Virus record (IMG/VR): IMGVR_UViG_3300029288_005871
Coordinates: 1 to 64,000 of that record
DNA length: 64,000 nucleotides
Direction: 5' to 3' (one strand)
DNA from: a virus
Taxonomy: Duplodnaviria > Caudoviricetes
Shown: one piece after another, positions 1 to 9,496 of the stretch
How the letters are laid out: each line of letters starts with the position of its first letter
Position numbering within the stretch: position 1 is the stretch's first letter
Program-made: the position numbers and the translations under genes
Notes under the pieces: model-generated
Seen by the model: the letters and a program-made list of their open reading frames with translations, nothing else
The model's database searches: none
Told to the model about the DNA's origin: nothing

Positions 1-530
1 TCGTACTCTGGCTGGTGGTGGTTGAACTGGTAGACGTACTCTTGGTAGTAGAGGTTGATTGGCTGGTGGTTGTACTTGACGTTGAGGTAGTAGTTGATCT
101 GGTAGTACTCGTACTCTGGCTGGTGGTGGTTGAACTGGTAGACGTACTCTTGGTAGTAGAGGTTGATTGGCTGGTGGTTGTACTTGACGTTGAGGTAGTA
201 GTTGATCTGGTAGTACTCGTACTCTGGCTGGTGGTTGTTGAACTGGTACTTGTTGATCGGGTAGTACTTGTTGATTGGCTGGTGGTAGTTGAACTGGTAG
301 AGGTACTCTTGGTAGTACTTGTTGACTGGCTGGTGGTAGTTGAACTGGTAGAGGTACTCTTGGTGGTAGACGTACTCTGGCTGGTAGTAGTTGAGCTGGT
401 ACTTGTTGATCGGGTAGTACTCGTTGATTGGCTGGTGGTTGTACTTGACGTTGAGGTAGTAGTTGATCTGGTAGTACTCGTACTCTGGCTGGTGGTTGTA
501 CTTGACGTTGAGGTAGTAGTAGAGGTAGTA
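1..530 (-). repeat. Coding tandem repeat of 51/57-nt units (SSTTTSQSTSTT[K/R]S[TT]TST)
   Basis: 17- and 19-aa units; exact 108-nt duplication of 1-108 at 109-216. Confidence 0.95.
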
Positions 531-1162
531 ATTACAGCTGCTGGAGAAAAAGAAGCTGCTTGAAATCCCCAAGAATTAGTAGTCCCTGTAAAATTTACCG
601 TTTGATTTCCCGCAGGAGTTTTGGGACCATTAGTATCTTCTATCGATAATTTAGTAGTTGTAAGAATAACTAAATCATCTACTACTGAAGTTAAACCAGC
701 CGTCAATCCACCTGCTGAAACATAAGTTATTCCACCAATTACCCAACAATTATCAGCTACTGTTGTTACAGTTAAAGAAGGATTACTAGATGTACCAGTA
801 CCTTCTGCTACTGCATCAGGTTGTCCAGTTTGAGCAACACCTGTATATGAAACAGCTGCACCATTAGCATACGCTACCACACCTGTCCAAGCAACAGATA
901 TAGCATGTTCTCCAGTAGCAGGATTAAGAAGATAAAAAAGAGCTTGTGTAAGATTACCTTGAGATCTTCTTGAACCAACCAAAGTCATTGATACGTTATT
1001 GTATTTGCACGATGAAATGTAAGGAGAACCTTCAGAATCATAAACTCCTGCAGATACAAACAGGATTAAATTAGAACCAGTACAAGTATGATTCCAAGTT
1101 AAAGGACTAGCTGGGGATGTATCTACTGAACCATTAGAAACTGAATCTCTAGCAATAGCCAT
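2..1162 (-). CDS. Probable virion/surface protein with mucin-like Thr/Ser repeat tail (partial, runs off window edge)
   Basis: ATG at 1162 (MAIARDSVSNGSVDTSPASPLTWNHTCTG...). About 210 aa of beta-rich sequence, then open Thr/Ser repeats to the window edge. Absent from the ORF track because it has no stop codon in the window. Confidence 0.85.
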   Translation of the reverse strand, partial: MAIARDSVSNGSVDTSPASPLTWNHTCTGSNLILFVSAGVYDSEGSPYISSCKYNNVSMTLVGSRRSQGNLTQALFYLLNPATGEHAISVAWTGVVAYANGAAVSYTGVAQTGQPDAVAEGTGTSSNPSLTVTTVADNCWVIGGITYVSAGGLTAGLTSVVDDLVILTTTKLSIEDTNGPKTPAGNQTVNFTGTTNSWGFQAASFSPAAVITTSTTTSTSSTTTSQSTSTTRSTTTSTSSTTTSQSTSTTRSTSTSSTTTSQSTSTTKSTSTSSTTTSQSTSTTKSTSTSSTTTSQSTSTTRSTSTSSTTTSQSTSTTRSTTTSTSSTTTSQSTSTTKSTSTSSTTTSQSTSTTRSTTTSTSSTTTSQSTSTTKSTSTSSTTTSQST

Positions 1163-1171
1163 GTTTTCCAC

Positions 1172-1204
1172 AAAAAAACTCCCAGAACAATCTGTTCTAG
1201 GAGT
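1172..1204 (-). terminator. Putative intrinsic terminator/attenuator hairpin
   Basis: Minus strand ACTCCTAGAACA-GAT-TGTTCTGGGAGT followed by a T run, just upstream of the ATG at 1162. Confidence 0.5.
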
Positions 1205-1264
1205 TAAATTTTCTCCTCTAATTTTAGTTATAGCACTTTGCTATTTTTTAATCAAGAAAGATTT

Positions 1265-2194
1265 TTAACGGGGATCATCCACAAAAATCTCTTCAGTTTT
1301 TAACTTTCTCTTATTCCCAAACGGCTCATTCTCTCTTGGCGGATAAATAGGGCTATTCACCCCAATAGAACTATACTCAAATAAAGCATTTGTATCTTGG
1401 AAAGTTTTATGAATATATGGTACTATATCATTTCTAGTATGTAATCCTTCTCTACTTTTAGACCACCAGTGCCAAACAAAAGATCGCATAGTTGCAGAAG
1501 CCCTACCTCCTGCAAGATAAATTCTATGTACATATTCATAATCCTCCCCTCCACCTGGTCCAAATCTCTCATTATAAAGTCCTACTTTTTTTAATGTTTC
1601 TCTTTTAAAAACTACAAACCAACCAGCAAAACCTTCAATATGTCCTTGCCGATGAGCTAAAAGCATATCATAGCCTTTTGGAGTTCTAGCCATTTCTAAA
1701 GTAATTGGAGAACCGTCTGGAGCTTTAGGATAAATATTTTCTTTTACTTGTATTCCCCAATCTGGACATTGATTTCCAATAATCCATTTACCATCACTAC
1801 CAAGCCCATAACCCCATCCAGGTTCGATTGGAGATGCGGGACAAACTGCAAACATTTCAGGGTATGCCACAAATTGATCCATTAAACCTTGCCAGTAACG
1901 AGAGTCTAAAAATTCCACGTCATCATTACAACAGGCTACGTATTCAGAACCCCAATGAAGAGCATGAAGTATTGCTTCATTATTAGCTTTAGAAAACCCC
2001 ATATTTATTCTTCTAGGATTTCTTATTATTAAATCAGCATAATTGTGAACTAAACCATAACAGCCATCTTTAGTCTGATCTACTACAATTACCCTGAAAT
2101 TTATAGGAGTAAATTTATATAAAGTCTCTAAAGCCTTTCCGATATAATCTTTTACTACTGGAATAAAAATAAAGGTACAATCTATTTTAGCCAT
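1265..2194 (-). CDS. Glycosyltransferase family 2
   Basis: IFIPV..VIVVDQ, NMGFSKANNEA, CCNDDVEF (DxD), GLYNERFGPGGGEDYEY. Confidence 0.9.
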   Translation of the reverse strand: MAKIDCTFIFIPVVKDYIGKALETLYKFTPINFRVIVVDQTKDGCYGLVHNYADLIIRNPRRINMGFSKANNEAILHALHWGSEYVACCNDDVEFLDSRYWQGLMDQFVAYPEMFAVCPASPIEPGWGYGLGSDGKWIIGNQCPDWGIQVKENIYPKAPDGSPITLEMARTPKGYDMLLAHRQGHIEGFAGWFVVFKRETLKKVGLYNERFGPGGGEDYEYVHRIYLAGGRASATMRSFVWHWWSKSREGLHTRNDIVPYIHKTFQDTNALFEYSSIGVNSPIYPPRENEPFGNKRKLKTEEIFVDDPR

Positions 2195-2378
2195 ATTTTA
2201 TTTTAATCGTCATATAATCAGTATTAACTTTATTTACTACTAACCGATCATCCCTGTATTTTTTAGGCAACCTTACTGAATCAATTTTTAAACCTAACTT
2301 CCAAGCTAGTTCAGCTAATTGATTTACCTGATTAAATGGAAAATTATCTTTAAGTTCAATATCTACCATAATTACCAT
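2187..2378 (-). CDS. Hypothetical protein
   Basis: 63-aa ORF overlapping both neighbours in the operon. Confidence 0.55.
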   Translation of the reverse strand: MVIMVDIELKDNFPFNQVNQLAELAWKLGLKIDSVRLPKKYRDDRLVVNKVNTDYMTIKIKYG

Positions 2379-4645
2379 CCTCCTTTAATAACTGGAATAA
2401 TCCTCTCTGTTATATCTTCCAAACTCACATAATAGTGCATTGGCAAAAGTAAATATCTATCCTCTAAATAATCCATATTCGGACAGTTATAGACTCGCCC
2501 GCCAAAGACAGTGTAGCGGTCAATTCTATAATGGGTCGGGTCAGACTCAATATTGTTTTCTAAAAGTTTTCTTTTTAGATCCTCCCTTTTTTCCACATTG
2601 ACGGTACAGAGCCAATACCCAGGCTCTACCCCTTCTTCAATATTGGTATTTAACATCTTAATCCCTGGGATATTTTTTAAGCCTTCCTGATAAGCTTGAA
2701 ATCTTTTCTTAGCCCCTTCAATTAAAGTTTCCACTTCTTTTAATCCTTCAATTCCCAAAGAAGCATAAACATCGCTTAACTGGTATTTAAAACCAATTTC
2801 CCAAATGTCTTTTTTCCATCTGTCCTCATGCTTGGCTTTTCGGTCTATACCAAACCACCTAAGTCTTTTTGCCTTCTCTTCCAATAATGGATCTTCCAAA
2901 GTTAACATCCCACCATCAACAGTCGTCAATGTTTTAATTGACTGAAATGAAAAGCAGCAAAAATTAGCCGTTTCGCCAATATTTTTCCCCTTGTATTTTG
3001 CCCCTATCGCTTGAGCTGCATCCTCTATTACAGGCACATTCCATTTTCGGGCAATTTTCAAAACCCGATCAAGTCTGACAGGATAGCCGCCATAATCAAC
3101 CACGACTATGGCCTTGATCCTCTCGCCTCTTTGCTTAAAAACTTCCTCCAAATGGTCACAGTCAATATTTAAACTGTCTTTCTCAATATCACAAAAGGTT
3201 ACTTTTGCCCGTTCATACAGGGCAGGTGAATATGAGGCAGCGCAATTATGCAAAATAAATCCATTACTAATAAAATTATGATTATCTTTTACATCAATAC
3301 AATAAACATAAGCATTTTTTTTATAACCATCATCTGGTTTATATTTATCATCAACATATACTTTATCATAAAAAGGTTCTACGTTGCCTAAATCCCATAA
3401 TGATTTATCAAAAGGATATTTTCTTTTTATATCCTTTGGTAATTTATATCTCATTGATGTTGGAACATAAGGAGCAATTATAGAAAAAAATACTTTAGCA
3501 GAATTATGCAAATTTTTGTATTGACCGTTACCTATATATAAATGATATACAACTTTATTATTTTTCTTTAGAGTCTGAATATTTGATTTTAAGCCTAATT
3601 GATGTAAAATCTTATTTAATCTTTTTACTTCTGGCAAAGAATATCTATCAGTACAAATAATAGCAGATCCATTACCTCTGTAACTTTTACCACCATTCAA
3701 TGCTCCATCATCCATATACCAGACTGCTAATGTTAAAGCATTAAAATCATCCTTATTCAAGTCATTAGGAATAATTCTTTTTGAATCTTTATAAAATCTT
3801 TTCCTAATCAATTTCCATTGAATTCCAAAAGAAGATCTGACACGAATAAACGGTTTACTATTACTAGCTTTCCTATAAGGAATAAATTCATATTTTAAGC
3901 CAAAATCAGCTAATGCTTTCTTCTTTAAATCTATATATTCTTTTTGTTTTTCAGTATGACCTATATACAATCTACATTTCCCATCATTTTTATTTCTTAT
4001 TGATAGACTAATAGCACCATCACCCAATAACATTCCTAATAACAATTTATTTTGATTTTTATTTAATTTATATTCATTAATATAAACCAAATCACCTGTT
4101 TTTAATCTTCCAGCTTCAATATAGCCTTTAGGTGTTAAAACTCTATGGTCAGTAGTTACCCATATCCCACTTTTATGTCCCAAACGGTTATTATTTGCAT
4201 TATTAAAATATAATCTTATCAACTCTCTATTACCTATATAATTCTTATACCAATTAGTAATTTTTTTTGCTTCTAATTTAAAAGTTCGCAAATTGAATGA
4301 AATTACTTTACCACTATATTTTTCTTTAACAATTTTTCTAATACTAACTCTTTTTCCATTTTCTAATAAAATAGTAGCATTCTTATGAAGACAACTGAAA
4401 ACTGGCCCGACAACCTCATCCCCTTCTTTTATCCCTGCTAAAATATAGGCCAAATGCAAAGAAGCCGTTCCTGAAGAAACAGCGATAGCCTTATGATTGT
4501 GAGAGATCTCTTGCTCAAATAATTGTTCAAATTTATCGACTTTCGGCCCTTGCCCGATAAATCGACTATCCATTGTCTGTCTGGTTGCATTTTTAGCAGC
4601 TTCTGACAAATATGGTTTGAATAATACTATTCTATCATTGTCCAT
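2372..4645 (-). CDS. DegT/DnrJ/EryC1/StrS PLP-dependent sugar aminotransferase, intein-containing
   Basis: AVSSGTASLHLA, IEDAAQAIG, FSFQSIKTLTTVDGGML (PLP lysine). Likely start MDNDR at 4645. Confidence 0.92.
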   Translation of the reverse strand: MDNDRIVLFKPYLSEAAKNATRQTMDSRFIGQGPKVDKFEQLFEQEISHNHKAIAVSSGTASLHLAYILAGIKEGDEVVGPVFSCLHKNATILLENGKRVSIRKIVKEKYSGKVISFNLRTFKLEAKKITNWYKNYIGNRELIRLYFNNANNNRLGHKSGIWVTTDHRVLTPKGYIEAGRLKTGDLVYINEYKLNKNQNKLLLGMLLGDGAISLSIRNKNDGKCRLYIGHTEKQKEYIDLKKKALADFGLKYEFIPYRKASNSKPFIRVRSSFGIQWKLIRKRFYKDSKRIIPNDLNKDDFNALTLAVWYMDDGALNGGKSYRGNGSAIICTDRYSLPEVKRLNKILHQLGLKSNIQTLKKNNKVVYHLYIGNGQYKNLHNSAKVFFSIIAPYVPTSMRYKLPKDIKRKYPFDKSLWDLGNVEPFYDKVYVDDKYKPDDGYKKNAYVYCIDVKDNHNFISNGFILHNCAASYSPALYERAKVTFCDIEKDSLNIDCDHLEEVFKQRGERIKAIVVVDYGGYPVRLDRVLKIARKWNVPVIEDAAQAIGAKYKGKNIGETANFCCFSFQSIKTLTTVDGGMLTLEDPLLEEKAKRLRWFGIDRKAKHEDRWKKDIWEIGFKYQLSDVYASLGIEGLKEVETLIEGAKKRFQAYQEGLKNIPGIKMLNTNIEEGVEPGYWLCTVNVEKREDLKRKLLENNIESDPTHYRIDRYTVFGGRVYNCPNMDYLEDRYLLLPMHYYVSLEDITERIIPVIKGGW
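3245..4393 (-). mobile_element. Intein with LAGLIDADG homing endonuclease (383 aa)
   Basis: FS|CLHKNAT...NGFILHN|C splice junctions; motifs LLGMLLGDGAI and LAVWYMDDGAL. Confidence 0.93.
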
Positions 4646-4655
4646 ATTTTCTCTT

Positions 4656-5132
4656 TCATTTATTAATAACAAGTAGTTTAAAAATTCCTTTCTGTCTCCA
4701 ACCATTACCTTCATCAAAAGGCACTGTTATCCAATCTCCTTTAAAACCAAATTTCTCTATCTCTTTATCTTCATTATAAGTACAGTCTACCCCAATAATA
4801 ACAGTTCCTCTTGGAATCCTATCTAAAACTTTTCTAACAATGCCTGTTACTACCCATAAATAATAAACATCTGCTTCTGGAATACTATCCTGTAAAATAT
4901 CTCCTTTAATCACATTCAATCCAAAACGGCTTCTTGCTATAATAGCTCTATCTATATCTCTTTCTACTCCTATAACATCCTTTGCGTATTTTTTCATCCT
5001 AATTAAAATATCCCCACAGGCACAACCTAAATCACAGACTACTTTATCTTTAATAATATCTTTTATTGCCTCTACAATAACTAATGGAGAACGGTAAGGA
5101 GACTCTAAAACTGTTTGGCTTTCAACTTCCAT
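4656..5132 (-). CDS. Class I SAM-dependent methyltransferase
   Basis: VVCDLGCACGD motif I, IGVERD, IKGDIL. Confidence 0.8.
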   Translation of the reverse strand: MEVESQTVLESPYRSPLVIVEAIKDIIKDKVVCDLGCACGDILIRMKKYAKDVIGVERDIDRAIIARSRFGLNVIKGDILQDSIPEADVYYLWVVTGIVRKVLDRIPRGTVIIGVDCTYNEDKEIEKFGFKGDWITVPFDEGNGWRQKGIFKLLVINK

Positions 5133-5655
5133 ACTTATCAAAATAATCCTTGTCAATTAAAGAAAACATTAAATAATCCCTATACTTTCCATTCCTGAAA
5201 AGTGCTTCTCCCTGTATTCCTTCCAGTTTAAAACCTATTTTTTTATAAAGCTCTTGGGCTACCTTATTGTATTCCGCTACCAATAACCATATTCGGTGAA
5301 TATTCAAATGCAAAAAAAAATACTTTATAAACTCCAGAAAAGCCTCCTTGCCAAAACCTTTTTGCCTGTAAGTCTTGTCTATATCTACCCCGATTCTTAT
5401 TGACCTGTTTACCTTGTCCCATTCATCAGCCCTTAGTATACCGATAAATGTTCCCGTATCTTTATTCTCAATAGCAAAATATATTTTAGTCGGGTCGTTG
5501 CTCATTTTTTCAAACCAATCTACCTGCTTTATCTCATTTATGGGGGAAACATTTGTTAACCAATACCATGTATCTTTATCACTCCTCATTTTTCTTAACA
5601 GGGGTAAATGTCTTTCTTCTAATGGTATTATTTTTAATCTTTCAGTCTCTAACAT
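5122..5655 (-). CDS. GNAT N-acetyltransferase (RimJ/PseH-like)
   Basis: IGVDIDKTYRQKGFGKEA acetyl-CoA motif; N..AQELYKKIGFKLEG. Located upstream of the sugar aminotransferase. Confidence 0.85.
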   Translation of the reverse strand: MLETERLKIIPLEERHLPLLRKMRSDKDTWYWLTNVSPINEIKQVDWFEKMSNDPTKIYFAIENKDTGTFIGILRADEWDKVNRSIRIGVDIDKTYRQKGFGKEAFLEFIKYFFLHLNIHRIWLLVAEYNKVAQELYKKIGFKLEGIQGEALFRNGKYRDYLMFSLIDKDYFDKYGS

Positions 5656-5846
5656 ATTATGGATACTATAATATATTTATTCTTCTTTTTCCAGTCTATT
5701 CAACCAATCTATTAAATACTCCACAACAGCCTTATAATCTATCTCTATACTCTTACTGCCATCACTAAACTTAAAATCAGAATCAAACTGGGCAGCCAAT
5801 ATTAAAGCCATCAATTTCTTTTTTATTATCCCGATTTCTATTGTAT

Positions 5847-6485
5847 TCATAGACATGGTTTAATTAAACCTTTATCCCAAGCCTCACTAATAAAATAAAA
5901 TTCACTTTTATCATTCCAAGGCACACCAGCCTGTTCAATCTGTTCCAAACCATTAGGTTCTCCATTCTCCATTTTCCATGTATGACCATGTACCTGCCAA
6001 GGATGACAAGTACAATAGGTTTTTAATCCTTGAGGCCGTTTATCCCAATTATAATGCTGGTCAGCTACTACATAACCTCTTTGCATTAAAATATTATAAA
6101 CTAGTTGTGGATTACTGTTAACTGGCTTTTCTGAATTCGGCAATTCATTATATGGTTGTGGATATGTTATTTCCCATCCAGGAGCCTTAAATACTTTTAC
6201 AAATCCTCCTATAAATTCCACATAATCCAAAAAATTATTAGTTTGCTTTTCATCCCAATATAAACATTCAAAATTACTATTGTGGCTAAATCCATGCACT
6301 CCCAATTCCAGCCAATCGGAATGGGGTTTTAAAAGATCAATCATCTCGACAGAAGTTTTTGCTGGTATAGTAAATAATGTTGCTTTAAAACCAGGATATT
6401 TACTCCTCCAATAAAATAAAATACTTAACCCATTCTTCTGAAAATTATCTTCAAAATCATCAAAATCGGCTATAACTTTATTCAT
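5847..6485 (-). CDS. Polysaccharide deacetylase (NodB/DUF2334-like)
   Basis: ADFDDF, KATLFTIP, ELGVHGFSH, FKAPGW motifs. Confidence 0.65.
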   Translation of the reverse strand: MNKVIADFDDFEDNFQKNGLSILFYWRSKYPGFKATLFTIPAKTSVEMIDLLKPHSDWLELGVHGFSHNSNFECLYWDEKQTNNFLDYVEFIGGFVKVFKAPGWEITYPQPYNELPNSEKPVNSNPQLVYNILMQRGYVVADQHYNWDKRPQGLKTYCTCHPWQVHGHTWKMENGEPNGLEQIEQAGVPWNDKSEFYFISEAWDKGLIKPCL

Positions 6486-7167
6486 ATTTATCCATTAAAA
6501 ATCTGCATACTTCATTCCTGTTTTTATAATGTTCCCCTTCCCGACATTGACCTACATTTCCGTCAGGAAGTTCAACTAAATCAGTTTCTTCATTAACAGG
6601 GATTACAAAATTCTCCCCATGCCCTAAATATTTATTCCCTAAGCATAAGAAAACATCATCCAAAGACTTTTTAGGTAAATTAGGATACATATTACGAAGT
6701 TGTAATCCGTAACCTAATAATTTTATCGGTACAAAATAAGTCCTAATAATAATATCAACAGGGACTGATTCTGAATAATACCCTCTTCTTAAACACCTAT
6801 CATTAGTATATGGAGTATCAGTATTACCCAAAATACTTCCTTCCAATCCTAGAATAGCATTTGGCAATCTTTCAGCATAATCAACAAAATTTTTTAAAGT
6901 ATCCCTATTGACGCTTAAATCATCATCTATAAACAGGCAATAGTCAGTTTCACAGACTGTTCCTAAAGCAAAACGGACAATCGGCAGGAAATTTTTAGAA
7001 GAACGGATAATTGTTGTCCTTTCATCGTTAAATACTATTTCTGGATTATCAATAAAAATAATAACTTCATCAGGTTTAACTGTTCCATTCAACAGGTCAT
7101 TAATTATTTTTTTAAGATTTTCTTCCCGCTCCTTATAATGTGATAAAATAATAGCTGTAATCTTCAT
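6478..7167 (-). CDS. GT-A fold glycosyltransferase
   Basis: TAIILSH, CLFIDDD (DxD), LDDVFL. Confidence 0.75.
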   Translation of the reverse strand: MKITAIILSHYKEREENLKKIINDLLNGTVKPDEVIIFIDNPEIVFNDERTTIIRSSKNFLPIVRFALGTVCETDYCLFIDDDLSVNRDTLKNFVDYAERLPNAILGLEGSILGNTDTPYTNDRCLRRGYYSESVPVDIIIRTYFVPIKLLGYGLQLRNMYPNLPKKSLDDVFLCLGNKYLGHGENFVIPVNEETDLVELPDGNVGQCREGEHYKNRNEVCRFLMDKYE

Positions 7168-7940
7168 GTTGGTTTTACTTCATTCGTGACAGTTTTAAAA
7201 TTAAGCTCATTTGCACTTACATCAATATCTTCAGTCTGTTTTTCTAATTCTATATCCTGTCTAATATAATAAGTTGCACTATTAACATGCAATACCATAG
7301 CTTTAGTAGCACCGACAACCGATAAACCATTTTTTGCTAACCGTTCATAAATATCTTTTTCCCCAAAAAACATTTTTATTTTTTCATTCCAGCCACCAAT
7401 CTTTTCAAATGTTTCCCTAGTCATCATAATCATACCAGCATCCCTTGCCCCCTGCGTTGCCTCAACTGTTGATGAATCAAGGTTATATGCCCATTTAACA
7501 TACTCCCTGGTTTTAGGAAACTGGTTTGGTTGGACAGCACCAGCCAGTTTATTATCCAAAAAATATTTCATATTAGATAGCCAACCCTCAGTTACAATTA
7601 CATCGTTTTGCATAAAACACAGGTAATCCCCTTTTGCTAATTTCGCTCCGATATTATAGGAACCATACTGGCCAGGGTTTTCCATATCTTTCAAATATTG
7701 CTTTATACATATTCTATCTTCCCTCTTATTCAATAGAAATACTTTAAAAGTATCAAAGAAAGTCAATTTTTCTGCCCCAACTGGGATAGTATCAATTAAA
7801 ATAAGCTCATAGTCCTCTTCATCAGTATATTTAACCACTGATTCTATTGCCAAGGCAGTTATCTGACGCATTAATTGGTTTAGGTCGTATGCTAATATGA
7901 TTATTGAAGTTAAAGGTTTATTTTTCTGCATATTTTTCAA
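7164..7940 (-). CDS. Glycosyltransferase family 2
   Basis: TSIIILAY, YNIGAKLAKGDYLCFMQNDV, IGGWNE..FGEKD. Confidence 0.88.
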   Translation of the reverse strand: MKNMQKNKPLTSIIILAYDLNQLMRQITALAIESVVKYTDEEDYELILIDTIPVGAEKLTFFDTFKVFLLNKREDRICIKQYLKDMENPGQYGSYNIGAKLAKGDYLCFMQNDVIVTEGWLSNMKYFLDNKLAGAVQPNQFPKTREYVKWAYNLDSSTVEATQGARDAGMIMMTRETFEKIGGWNEKIKMFFGEKDIYERLAKNGLSVVGATKAMVLHVNSATYYIRQDIELEKQTEDIDVSANELNFKTVTNEVKPT

Positions 7941-8439
7941 TAAAGGAATCTATATTTCTAAAATCCTGTACTCTCTCTTTAATCACATCTTTGTTCCAAT
8001 TCCACCATTTTATTTTTAGTAACTTTTCTATTTTTTCTGGAGGAAAACGATATTTTTTAATTATCATTGGATTGCCAACTACCACAGCATAAGGTGGAAC
8101 ATCTTTGTTGACAACTGTTCTCATACCTATTCTGGCTCCATCACCGATAGTTACCCCGTCAAGAATAACCGACTCATAACCTATAAATATATCATTACCG
8201 ATATTAATAGTTCCTCTTGAATAACCGACATGATAATCTCCACCAAATTCTGTTCCAAAAGGATAATTACTTACCCTATCTATATCTTGAACACAGGGGT
8301 AATTCATCTGTCCACAGAAAATTACTTTCTCAGCAATAACGGTATAATTTCCAATTATTACTTCAGGGCAAAAAAATTCAATAGCACCTGCCCCATAACG
8401 AGAGCATTCTCCTTTAGTTATCATGAATTCCTCCCCCAT
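7918..8439 (-). CDS. Hexapeptide-repeat (LbH) O-acetyltransferase, CatB/Vat-like
   Basis: INIGNDIFIG..VTIGDGARIG..DVPPYAVVVGNP..KWWNW. Confidence 0.88.
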   Translation of the reverse strand: MGEEFMITKGECSRYGAGAIEFFCPEVIIGNYTVIAEKVIFCGQMNYPCVQDIDRVSNYPFGTEFGGDYHVGYSRGTINIGNDIFIGYESVILDGVTIGDGARIGMRTVVNKDVPPYAVVVGNPMIIKKYRFPPEKIEKLLKIKWWNWNKDVIKERVQDFRNIDSFIEKYAEK

Positions 8440-9134
8440 TTTTTCATAAAATAAACATTATCATCAAAATCTCCCCAGTCAAATAAGTCATGGTTATTTG
8501 TCATATTTTCCCAAGTCATTGAACCCAAATGGGTAATATGAGAAAATAGATAATTACCCACCCTAACTTGTTTCTCCGCTATCCGCATATTATAGTCCCG
8601 ATCACAGGCTAAAACTAAATTTTCATCAAGTAGACCAATTTTTTCATAAGTGTTTCTTTTAAAAATACTGCAATTACCTGCTCCTCCTGAAAATGTTTGT
8701 CCATTAATATATTCTTTTCTTTTCATTCTTTCTAAATATTCTTTTGCATCAGTTCTATCTGACCAAGGAATTACTATATCTAGTAGATCATTATCAATTG
8801 CTTCTTTTGCATATTTATACCAGTCCTGATGAACCATCACATCATTAGCTAAAATACATAAATAATCCGAGTGTGCCTGAGCAATCCCTAAATTTATACC
8901 TTTCCCTAAACGCAAGTTAACTCCCTTCTGAGGTAAATAAATATCATCTTCAGTTAATTCATTTTGTATTTCAGGAAACAGTTGAGACTGGTTATGAACC
9001 AAAATCAATTCCACCTCATAGGGATAAGTAAAGTACCTTAAATTCTGAATACAATTAATAGTCAATTTATACAGGTACCAGTTATGTAACATCACTTGTA
9101 ATATAACTGAAACAGTTTTTTCTTTATCCATCAT
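8421..9134 (-). CDS. Glycosyltransferase family 2
   Basis: GINLGIAQAHSDYLCILANDV, KIGLLDE..DRDY. Confidence 0.85.
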   Translation of the reverse strand: MMDKEKTVSVILQVMLHNWYLYKLTINCIQNLRYFTYPYEVELILVHNQSQLFPEIQNELTEDDIYLPQKGVNLRLGKGINLGIAQAHSDYLCILANDVMVHQDWYKYAKEAIDNDLLDIVIPWSDRTDAKEYLERMKRKEYINGQTFSGGAGNCSIFKRNTYEKIGLLDENLVLACDRDYNMRIAEKQVRVGNYLFSHITHLGSMTWENMTNNHDLFDWGDFDDNVYFMKKWGRNS

Positions 9135-9496
9135 ATTTCTAGTTTAACAGCGTTTTTTACATCTGGTAGAATTGCCTCTATCCTTTTACATTGCTCTGTA
9201 TATAATCCCAAAATATCACGATAGGGATGATTATAAAGAACATTACTACTACAATAGTCAACTGGTTCTCCATCAATAAAATCAATCAAGAAAAAATCCT
9301 TATAAGTGTCATTCCTATCAATCCAACCAAAAACATATAAATGTCCTTTCTTCTCATTCATCCTATCCCATTTAACCGCAGGTAGTTTATTCAACCAGTC
9401 TGTAATTTTTGCAATTATCTCTGGTGTCATTTTATTAAAGCCAATGCTCTCTGAAAAAATAAATCCCAAGATGGAATATTTTTTTCCCAAGTCCAA
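9131..9496 (-). CDS. Hypothetical protein
   Basis: 121-aa ORF in operon context. Confidence 0.55.
   Translation of the reverse strand: MDLGKKYSILGFIFSESIGFNKMTPEIIAKITDWLNKLPAVKWDRMNEKKGHLYVFGWIDRNDTYKDFFLIDFIDGEPVDYCSSNVLYNHPYRDILGLYTEQCKRIEAILPDVKNAVKLEI

Noticed and set aside
15-563. 182-aa Val/Leu-rich + strand ORF
   Set aside because: It is the antisense shadow of the Thr/Ser repeat gene on the minus strand.
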